NCBI GenBank assembly: GCA_934168365.1
Contig: CAKPNJ010000001.1
Coordinates: 20,967 to 84,966, forward strand
Length of the DNA: 64,000 nucleotides
Source of the DNA: an uncultured Clostridia bacterium
Lineage (GTDB): Bacteria > Bacillota > Clostridia > TANB77 > CAG-508
Direction of reading: 5' to 3'
Shown here: in pieces, positions 27,666 through 35,582 of the stretch
Position numbering within the stretch: the stretch's first letter is position 1
Layout: each line of letters begins with the position of its first letter
Program-made: the position numbers and the translations under genes
The notes under the pieces: generated by a model
The model's database searches: none
Told to the model about the DNA's origin: nothing
What the model saw: only the letters and a program-made list of their open reading frames with translations

Positions 27666-28470
27666 ATGAAGAGAAAGTCAAATTTTCTTATAGTTATATC
27701 ATCAATTTTATTAGTATTTATTTTTTCAATTTCTGTAATTAATTCAAATAATACGACAGAAACAAGTGCAAGTTCAGTTAGCGAAAAAAGAATTGGTTGG
27801 GGAATAAAAAGATCTAATAATAATGAACAACCAGATTTAGGAAGTGTAAATAAAAAAATAATAGATACATATGAAGGAATTGCTATGGGAAATAAAAATT
27901 CAAAATATGTTTATCTTACTTTTGACAATGGATATGAAGCAGGTTATACACCTAAAATACTAGCAGTATTAAAGGAAAATCAAGTTCCTGCTACATTCTT
28001 TATAACGGCTCATTATTTGAATACTGCATCAGACTTAGTAAAGCAAATGATAGATGAGGGCCATACAGTTGGAAATCATACAGTAAATCATAAAAGTATG
28101 CCAGATTTAACAAATGAACAAATACAAAAAGAAGTAATGGATTTGCATACAGCAGTTTATCAAAAATTTAATTATGAAATGAAATACATTCGTCCACCAA
28201 AAGGAGAATATAGTGAAAGAACTGTAGCATATACTAATACATTAGGCTATAAAACAGTTATGTGGAGTTTTGCTTATGATGATTGGGACAAAAATAAACA
28301 AGGTAGAGAAGATTATGGCAAAAAGATGGTTTTAAATAACATACATCCGCGGAGCAGTTATATTACTACATGCAACTTCAAAAGACAATAGCAATATTTT
28401 AGATTATTGTATTAAGGAAATTAAAAAGATGGGGTATGAGTTTAAAACTTTAGACGATTTTCAGAGATAA
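27666..28470 (+). pseudogene. pdaA: PdaA-like polysaccharide deacetylase (spore-cortex delta-lactam type), interrupted by a +1 frameshift near 28350
   Basis: Signal/TM segment then NodB motifs (YLTFDNGYE, GHTVGNHTVNH). After ...NNIHP the frame runs out (stop at 28391). The +1 frame continues GAVILLHATSKDNSNILDYCIKEIKKMGYEFKTLDDFQR to 28470, the normal family C-terminus. Confidence 0.75.
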
Positions 28471-28531
28471 TCAGTTGCCAAAATTTAATTCTTTGACAAC
28501 TATATAGAAATAGCATAAGGGAGATGAGAGT

Positions 28532-28834
28532 TTGCGAAAAGCTTCTAAGAAAAATAAAAGTATACAAAGCAGAATAAATCGTCTATTAGAAATCCCTCAA
28601 GAAATATCAACTAACTTACCAAAAATAACGGTAATAGGTTTTAAACAAATGCTGATTGAGAATTATAAAGGGATATTAGAGTATCAGGATTTTTATATTA
28701 GAATTAGTACACATATTGGAATTCTAAACATAAATGGATATGATTTGTACTTAGAAGAAATGACAACAGATGATTTATTAGTTACCGGAAAAATAGAAAG
28801 CATTGATTTTGAAACAATTACAGATGAAGAATAG
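28532..28834 (+). CDS. yqfC: Sporulation protein YqfC
   Basis: A roughly 100-aa protein with the ITVIGFKQMLIENYKGILEYQD pattern, immediately upstream of yqfD. TTG start after agggaga. Confidence 0.75.
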   Translation: MRKASKKNKSIQSRINRLLEIPQEISTNLPKITVIGFKQMLIENYKGILEYQDFYIRISTHIGILNINGYDLYLEEMTTDDLLVTGKIESIDFETITDEE

Positions 28835-28845
28835 GAGGGAAAAGC

Positions 28846-30027
28846 TTGTATTTTAAGATACTGTTAGGTTACATTTTAGGATATGTAAATATTGAAGTAG
28901 AAGGATATTTTATAGAACGCTTTATAAATATTTGTAATAGTAAAAAAATATTTTTGTGGAATATGAAAAGAAAACACTCCACAATTATAAGACTAAATAT
29001 TGGAATTAGAGATTTTAAAAGAATAAAAGAAGTAGCTAAAAAAACTAAATGTAGAGTAAAAATACAAAAGAAAAGAGGAATACCATTTATATTACATAAA
29101 TACAAAAAAAGAAAAATCTTCGCTATATTTTTTATACTTTTAATAATTGCAGTTATTGCATTATCAAACTTCATATGGAATATTGAAGTGACAGGAAATA
29201 ATAAAATTTCGACAGAAGAAATTATTAAAGACTTAGCAGATGATAATTTCAAAATTGGAACATCTAAAACAAATTTAAACACTAAAAATATAATTGACAA
29301 GATACGATTAAAAAGAAGTGATCTAGCATGGATGGGAATAGAGATAAAAGGAACAAACGCAGTTGTAAAAATAGTAGAAGCAGATTTGAAACCAGACATT
29401 ATAAAAGAAGAAGAGTATTGTAATATTGTTGCAACAAAAGATGCAATGATAGTAAAAATAAATGCTCAAAATGGCACAGCCGTAGTAAAAGAAGGAGATA
29501 TAGTTACAAAAGGAACTGTGCTAATACAAGGATGGCTTGAAGGGCAGTTTACAGGAATTCGATATGTGCATGCAAATGGCGAGGTTCAGGCAAAAGTATG
29601 GTATTCTCAAAAAGTAAGTGTACCTTTAAAACAGAGCAAAAAAATAAAAACAGGCAAGGAGGAAAATAAATATTCCGTAAAGATAAATAATTTTGAAATA
29701 AATTTGCCAAAAGGGGTTCCAAAATTTCAAAATTATGATACAATAGAGACGAGTAAAAAACTAAAACTATTTTCAGATTTTTATTTGCCAATAGAAATAA
29801 ATCAAAAAACATATCAAGAGTATGAAGAACAAGAAATTACATATAGTATAGAAGAAGCAAAAGAGCTTGGAATAGCACAAGCTGACGAGAGCCTAAAAGA
29901 GCAAATAGAAGGAAAACAAGTAACAAATAAAAAAATAAATACAGAACAAACAGGAGCAAATATTGAAGTTGAAGTTATTTACGAAGTGCTCGAAAGTATT
30001 GGGACAAAAGAAAAAATAGTATTTTGA
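28846..30027 (+). CDS. yqfD: Sporulation protein YqfD (stage IV)
   Basis: 393 aa with a central TM (IFAIFFILLIIAVIALSNFIW) followed by NIEVTGNNKIS..., as in YqfD. Gene order yqfC-yqfD. Confidence 0.8.
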   Translation: MYFKILLGYILGYVNIEVEGYFIERFINICNSKKIFLWNMKRKHSTIIRLNIGIRDFKRIKEVAKKTKCRVKIQKKRGIPFILHKYKKRKIFAIFFILLIIAVIALSNFIWNIEVTGNNKISTEEIIKDLADDNFKIGTSKTNLNTKNIIDKIRLKRSDLAWMGIEIKGTNAVVKIVEADLKPDIIKEEEYCNIVATKDAMIVKINAQNGTAVVKEGDIVTKGTVLIQGWLEGQFTGIRYVHANGEVQAKVWYSQKVSVPLKQSKKIKTGKEENKYSVKINNFEINLPKGVPKFQNYDTIETSKKLKLFSDFYLPIEINQKTYQEYEEQEITYSIEEAKELGIAQADESLKEQIEGKQVTNKKINTEQTGANIEVEVIYEVLESIGTKEKIVF

Positions 30028-30041
30028 AAGGAACAGATGCC

Positions 30042-31286
30042 ATGGAAGAAAGAAGTTTGAGGATATATCAAGAAAAAACATTTTTTTCAAAGATTAGTAA
30101 TACAATTACTAAAATACTAACTCCAACAAAAATTGGAATTAACGGAATGTTAATTTCAATAAAAAGAAACAATGCTCTAAAAGCTTATGAAGCATATAAA
30201 GCAGTAGAAAATATTGAAAACCAAGAAAAGCAAGAAGCAGTTACAAAAAAATTTGAAGACATTTATGCTTTATACTTAGAATCAATAGATAAATATATTA
30301 TGGATTCTATTTATAAAAAAGTAAAAAATGATGTAGCAAGTGATTTTGAAAGAAATGCATTATCTGAGTATTATTCAGTTGTTCATTTAAAAGAAACAGA
30401 ATATTTAGAATATAAATATAAAAAGCAAATGTACTTATTAAATTTAGATTATGAAACTGTTGATAATCTTAACAAGGAACAATTATTGCAAAAATACCAG
30501 ACATTATATATTTATCAAATGGAGTCATTGTATAAAGGTTTGTTAAAACATTATTCAATCAAACTTGCAGATAATTTAACTCCAGGAGCTAAAGATGAAG
30601 TATATAACAAAATATTTGATACATTAGGGAGATATATTGAAAATATATTACCATTAAAAATGAAACAAGACCCAGATAACAAAGTATATAAAGAAATACT
30701 TGAAGATTATCAAAACTTTGAAAGATTTACAGTTGGTAAATTGGATCAGAATGACACCATTGAAAAGAATATGATATTATTAAGTTTAAGTAGAAAACTA
30801 TTTACACATAGTTTACCACTTATAGTAGCAGAGCAATGCTATGAAAAATTATTAAATGATGTTAGAAGTTTAATAGTAGATACAAAAGTAATTAGAAAAC
30901 AAGAAAAAGCATATTCTCTACTTATTACCTTAATAGAAGAATATAATGTAAAATTACAATCAACTAAAGTATACTGGGATAAACCAGCGGAAAGAGAAGC
31001 ATATAAGGAATTTTACAAACAATATCAAGCAATTCAAAAAGGAAAAGAAAAAAATTATATTGAATATTCTAAAGATAAGCAAGTTCTATTTTTAAGAAAT
31101 GATTTGAAAAAATTAAGAAAAGAGCCAAATAGATATTATAAAATTATTCAATTTTACTGTGCAAAACTAGTAGAATTCAATGCTATGAAGAACTTAAAAA
31201 ATGCATTTATATCAGAAGGCACTTACACTAAAGAACCTAAAAAGGCTAAGAAAAGAGGTAGACCTAAAAAGGTTGTTAACGCATAA
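30042..31286 (+). CDS. Hypothetical K/E/Y-rich helical protein with a C-terminal AT-hook
   Basis: No recognisable enzymatic motif. The C-terminus is ...KEPKKAKKRGRPKKVVNA (canonical RGRP AT-hook core). The ATG at 30042 is preferred over the TTG at 30024. Confidence 0.5.
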   Translation: MEERSLRIYQEKTFFSKISNTITKILTPTKIGINGMLISIKRNNALKAYEAYKAVENIENQEKQEAVTKKFEDIYALYLESIDKYIMDSIYKKVKNDVASDFERNALSEYYSVVHLKETEYLEYKYKKQMYLLNLDYETVDNLNKEQLLQKYQTLYIYQMESLYKGLLKHYSIKLADNLTPGAKDEVYNKIFDTLGRYIENILPLKMKQDPDNKVYKEILEDYQNFERFTVGKLDQNDTIEKNMILLSLSRKLFTHSLPLIVAEQCYEKLLNDVRSLIVDTKVIRKQEKAYSLLITLIEEYNVKLQSTKVYWDKPAEREAYKEFYKQYQAIQKGKEKNYIEYSKDKQVLFLRNDLKKLRKEPNRYYKIIQFYCAKLVEFNAMKNLKNAFISEGTYTKEPKKAKKRGRPKKVVNA

Positions 31287-31308
31287 TATAGAATAGAAGG
31301 AATATATA

Positions 31309-31815
31309 ATGAATTCAGTAACAGAAATTGTTTGGAAAGATATCAAACAAAATGAAGAACTAGAAGCTATAATTGAAAAAGTAATACAAAAATGTTTTGA
31401 GGTAGAGCATATAAATCCTACCTCTTTATATATTTGTGTTACATTAACAAATCCTAAAAACATACGCGAAATAAATAAAGAATATAGAAATATAGATAAA
31501 GAGACAGATGTACTTTCATTTCCTATGTTTGAAAAAGATGAGTTGGACAAACTTGTTGACGAAACAGCTGACACTCAAGCAGAGACATTACAAGATATAA
31601 TGGGTGACATCATAATTTCTATTGAAAGAGTAGAAGAACAAGCAAAAGAATATGGACATAGTTTTGAAAGAGAATTTGCATATATGCTAGTTCATGGGTT
31701 TTATCACCTAAGAGGTTACGACCATATGGTAGAAGAGGAAAAAGCTCAAATGAGGGCAAAGGAGGAAAATGTTCTTTCTCAATTAAATATAACAAGGGGA
31801 GAGGTTGAAGAATAA
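31309..31815 (+). CDS. ybeY: rRNA maturation endoribonuclease YbeY
   Basis: Zinc motif HGFYHLRGYDH (HxxxHxxGxxH); about 168 aa. Confidence 0.9.
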   Translation: MNSVTEIVWKDIKQNEELEAIIEKVIQKCFEVEHINPTSLYICVTLTNPKNIREINKEYRNIDKETDVLSFPMFEKDELDKLVDETADTQAETLQDIMGDIIISIERVEEQAKEYGHSFEREFAYMLVHGFYHLRGYDHMVEEEKAQMRAKEENVLSQLNITRGEVEE

Positions 31816-31854
31816 TTCTTTTCAAACCTAATTAAGAAGGGAATAAAGTCAATA

Positions 31855-32592
31855 ATGAAAAAGGAAAACAAGGAACTGAAAAATCATAATTTTATAGATG
31901 CTTGGAAAAATGCATTTAATGGAATAATATATGCAACAACCACACAAGGAAATATACAAAAACAATTGATAATTGCAGTAATTGTAGTAATTGTTAGCTT
32001 ATTCTTTAATTTAAACCGCGCAGAATTTTTATGTTTTTTATTTACTATAGTGCTTATCATATTTGCAGAAATGGTAAATACAGCAATTGAAACAGTCGTA
32101 GACCTATATGTTGATGTATATCATCCAAAAGCAAAAATTGCTAAAGATGTTGCAGCAGGAGGAGTGGTAATAACAACCATAAATGCAATAATAGTAGCAT
32201 ACTTCTTATTCTTTGATAAAATTGCAGATATAGGTTTAGCATTTTTAAAAAATGTAACAAGCAATCCAGTACATTTATCTTTTTCAATTATGGTAATTGT
32301 AATGATTGCAGCATTGGCATTAGTTGCATATGCAAAATCTAATAAACATAAAGGATTAAACTCAAAGTTTGTACCAAGTGGACATGCAGCTATTGGATTT
32401 GCAGCAAATACATTGATTTGGCTATTGACAGATAACATAGTAATCTTAATGTTATCATTAGTAACTGCCATTTTACTAGCAGAAAGTAGAATTGCAGCAA
32501 AAGAACATAAATTATCAGAAATAATATTTAGCGGATGTTTTGCTACTGTATTAGTACTTGTGCTATATGGAATAGCAATGGCAATTGTTTAA
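31855..32592 (+). CDS. dgkA: DgkA-type undecaprenol/diacylglycerol kinase fused to a PAP2-like C-terminal membrane domain
   Basis: Residues about 10-120 carry AEMVNTAIETVVDLYVDVYHPKAKIAKDVAAGGV, a strong DgkA signature. Residues about 160-245 carry PSGH and SRIAAKEH (PAP2 motifs C2 and C3). No KX6RP motif was seen. Confidence 0.7.
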   Translation: MKKENKELKNHNFIDAWKNAFNGIIYATTTQGNIQKQLIIAVIVVIVSLFFNLNRAEFLCFLFTIVLIIFAEMVNTAIETVVDLYVDVYHPKAKIAKDVAAGGVVITTINAIIVAYFLFFDKIADIGLAFLKNVTSNPVHLSFSIMVIVMIAALALVAYAKSNKHKGLNSKFVPSGHAAIGFAANTLIWLLTDNIVILMLSLVTAILLAESRIAAKEHKLSEIIFSGCFATVLVLVLYGIAMAIV

Positions 32593-32610
32593 AAAAGGAG
32601 ATGTTTTCAG

Positions 32611-33696
32611 ATGGCAGGAAAAAAATCTAAAAAAAGTGCAAAGCCAGTAATAGTAATATTACTATTAGCAATATTAGCAGTAAGTGTATGGTTAGGAATT
32701 GAAAAATTTAAAAATAGTCAAGAAGTTGGAAGTACAGAAAACACAACAGAGACAGAAGCTCCTAAAGAAGAATTAAAGCCTAAAACTTTCGCAGGGACAG
32801 AAAGACCACTTGCATTTATGATAGATAATAATATAAATGCAATGCCACAGGCAGGTTTGGAAGAAGCAGATTTAATATATGAAATGATTGTTGAGGGCGG
32901 AGAAACTAGATTGATGGCAGTAATAAAAAATAAGGATATAAGCAAGATTGGACCATTAAGAAGTGCTAGACATTACTACCTAGATTATGTACTAGAAAAT
33001 GATGCTATTTGTATTCACTATGGACAAAGTCCACAAGCAAAAGCAGATATTACAAAATTAAAAGTTGATGATATAAATGGAATATATGAAAGTGCAACAG
33101 ACTTTTGGAGAGATAGTAGTAGATATGCTCCACATAATGCTGTAACCTCAACAGCTAAGTTAACAAAACTTATTGAAAACAAAGAATTTAGAACTACAAC
33201 TAGCAAAAAAACAGTACTTAACTATGTAGTTGACGAAGTAAATTTGCCAGATAAAAGAGAAGAACCAGCAGAAGGTGAAACAGAAGGAAAGATTACGAAC
33301 CTAGCAAATACAGTTACAATTCCATATTCAGCATATAACACAGTAAGATATGAATATGACGAAGAGAGCAAAGAATATGTTAGGTATTCAAGAGATAAAA
33401 AACAAACAGACTGGAATACAAAAAATACAGTAAAAACAAAAAATATTATTATAACAAAATGTAAAAATACTACTTTGGATGATGGCAGTGGAAAAGGAAG
33501 ACAAACATTAGATAATGTGAAAACATTAGACGGATATTACATTACAAATGGAAAATATATACCAATTAAATGCTATAAAACTTCAAGAAGCAGCCAAACA
33601 GTATATAAAGATTTAGAAGGAAACGAAATAAAAGTAAACGACGGAAAAACCTTCATTCAAATCTGCCCAATAAATAGTAAAATTAGTTTTAAATAA
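32611..33696 (+). CDS. DUF3048 (YerB-like) secreted / membrane-anchored protein
   Basis: N-terminal anchor, then LAFMIDNNINAMPQAGLEEADLIYEMIVEGGETRLMAV, which matches the characteristic DUF3048 N-domain pattern. Confidence 0.65.
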   Translation: MAGKKSKKSAKPVIVILLLAILAVSVWLGIEKFKNSQEVGSTENTTETEAPKEELKPKTFAGTERPLAFMIDNNINAMPQAGLEEADLIYEMIVEGGETRLMAVIKNKDISKIGPLRSARHYYLDYVLENDAICIHYGQSPQAKADITKLKVDDINGIYESATDFWRDSSRYAPHNAVTSTAKLTKLIENKEFRTTTSKKTVLNYVVDEVNLPDKREEPAEGETEGKITNLANTVTIPYSAYNTVRYEYDEESKEYVRYSRDKKQTDWNTKNTVKTKNIIITKCKNTTLDDGSGKGRQTLDNVKTLDGYYITNGKYIPIKCYKTSRSSQTVYKDLEGNEIKVNDGKTFIQICPINSKISFK

Positions 33697-34094
33697 ATAT
33701 ATGTAAAAAATGTCGAAATTTGACACACGATTTTACTTGCAAAATGCAATTAAGTATAGTATAACAATACTAACTTAGTTGCTTTTTTTGTACGGTAAAA
33801 CTGAATGAATTTACATATGCAATGCAATAATTATTTTCAAAACAATATTTAAATTATTTTTTAGTCTAGAGTTTCTAATTACTTAACTTTTATTTCATAC
33901 GATTATTTTAAATCAATACTGTTTAAAATCAATGTTATCTAAAATCTTCAATATTATTTGAAATGTTATTAACTCTATAAAATTTAAAATCTTAAAATTT
34001 CCACAAACAAAGAAAATATAAATTAGCAAGAAAGGGAGGCGTATTTTTGATGCAAAAATGTAACTAAAATACAAATTTGAAGGAGAAGTTATAT

Positions 34095-34931
34095 ATGGAA
34101 CAACAAAACAAAAAAATTAGGAGATATCCACCAAAGATGGATATAATATTTCAAGCAATATTTGGAGAAGTAGGGAGTGAGAATATAACAAAAGATTTTC
34201 TGGAAAAAATACTAAAAAGAAAAATAGAAAAGATATCACTAGACAAAAATCCAATATTAAGACGAGAACTAAAAGATGAAAAACTAGGAGTGTTAGATAT
34301 AGTAACAGAACTAGATGGAAAAGAAAAATGTAATATTGAAATGCAGTTAATAGACAAGAACAATATTATTGAAAGAATGTTATACTATTGGTCTAAAATG
34401 TATACAAAGCAAATTAAAGCAGGAGACGATTATAATAAACTAGAAAAGACAATAGTAATACTAATAGCAGATTTTAATATAAAAGGACTAGAAGAAGTAG
34501 AATATCATAGCACATGGAAGATAATAGAAACTAATAGTGTCAAAAAGTTAATATTGACAGATAAATTCGAGCTTGATATAATTGAATTATCAAAAATAAA
34601 GGGTAGAGAAAATGAAAAAGATCAGCTATTAGATTGGCTAATATTCTTAGAAAACCCAGAGAGTGAGAGGGTGGCACGAAAAATGGAAGAAAACGAAAAC
34701 CTAAAAGAAGCAGTAGAAAAACTAGATAGAATAAGTGAAGACGAAAAAATGCAAAGAATAATAGAACTAAGAGAAAAAGCAATAAGAGACGAACACGCAA
34801 TATATGCAAAAGGTGTAGATGATGGAATAATAAAAATAGCAAAGAATATGCTAAAAGAAAATATAGACATTGAAATGATTATAAAAGTAACAGGGTTAAC
34901 AAAAGAAGAAATAGAAAATTTAAGGGATTAG
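34095..34931 (+). CDS. Rpn-family / PD-(D/E)xK nuclease 'putative transposase' (PDDEXK_2-like)
   Basis: DIIFQAIFG..., GVLDIVTELDGKEKCNIEMQL (the D...E.Q/K nuclease core), YYWSKMY, and a C-terminal charged helical tail. RBS aaggaga. Confidence 0.7.
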   Translation: MEQQNKKIRRYPPKMDIIFQAIFGEVGSENITKDFLEKILKRKIEKISLDKNPILRRELKDEKLGVLDIVTELDGKEKCNIEMQLIDKNNIIERMLYYWSKMYTKQIKAGDDYNKLEKTIVILIADFNIKGLEEVEYHSTWKIIETNSVKKLILTDKFELDIIELSKIKGRENEKDQLLDWLIFLENPESERVARKMEENENLKEAVEKLDRISEDEKMQRIIELREKAIRDEHAIYAKGVDDGIIKIAKNMLKENIDIEMIIKVTGLTKEEIENLRD

Positions 34932-34971
34932 TATTTAGCTTAACAGAAATAAAAATATAATAAGAATATGA

Positions 34972-35003
34972 AAAATGAATGATTCGTTGTCATTCATTTT
35001 TTT
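34972..35003 (+). terminator. Rho-independent terminator after the Rpn-like gene
   Basis: aaaatgaatga-ttcgttg-tcattcatttt followed by a T-run. Confidence 0.75.
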
Positions 35004-35014
35004 GTCGTATTTTG

Positions 35015-35043
35015 TTGTATAAAAACTAACGGTTTGATATAAT
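35015..35043 (+). promoter_or_regulatory. Putative promoter of the hydrogenase operon
   Basis: TTGTAT, 17 nt, TATAAT. Confidence 0.5.
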
Positions 35044-35090
35044 AAACTCGTAAAAGTAAAATACAAATATACAAGGGGGACTTTTATTCA

Positions 35091-35567
35091 ATGAATTGTG
35101 TAGAACAAAAATTAAAGCAAGAAGTAAAAAAAATTCTAGAGCAATATACAACTGCCAAAGATAATTTAGTACCAATATTAAATGATGTGCAAGTAAAATA
35201 TGGATATATTCCACAAATTGCACAAAATGAAATATCAGAATACTTAAACATTCCAATGGCAGAAATTTATGGAGTAATTACTTTTTATTCTAGATTTACA
35301 TTAAAACCAAAGGGAAAATATGCAATTTCAGTATGCTTAGGAACAGCATGTTTTGTAAAAGGTTCTGAGAAACTAATGAATAGATTAAAAGAAAGACTAG
35401 GCATAAAAGAAGGAGAAACAACAGAAGACGGAAAGTTTTCAATTGATAGCACTCGTTGTTTGGGTGCATGTGGAATAGCACCAGTATTTACCGTGAATGG
35501 AGAAGTTTATGGAAGAGCTACTGTAAAAAAACTTGATGAAGTTTTAGATGAATTGATGACCAAATAG
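35091..35567 (+). CDS. hydC: NuoE-like [2Fe-2S] subunit of bifurcating [FeFe]-hydrogenase (HydC/HndA)
   Basis: Thioredoxin-like ferredoxin with the C..GTAC...C.GAC cysteine pattern (VCLGTACFVKG...RCLGACGIAP). Confidence 0.85.
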   Translation: MNCVEQKLKQEVKKILEQYTTAKDNLVPILNDVQVKYGYIPQIAQNEISEYLNIPMAEIYGVITFYSRFTLKPKGKYAISVCLGTACFVKGSEKLMNRLKERLGIKEGETTEDGKFSIDSTRCLGACGIAPVFTVNGEVYGRATVKKLDEVLDELMTK

Positions 35568-35582
35568 GAAGGGAGTAATGAT

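Noticed and set aside
34050-34067. Five-codon mini-ORF (MQKCN) with a strong SD upstream of the Rpn-like gene.
   Set aside because: It is too short to evaluate from sequence alone and could be a chance ATG after a GGAGG-like run. It is mentioned only as context.
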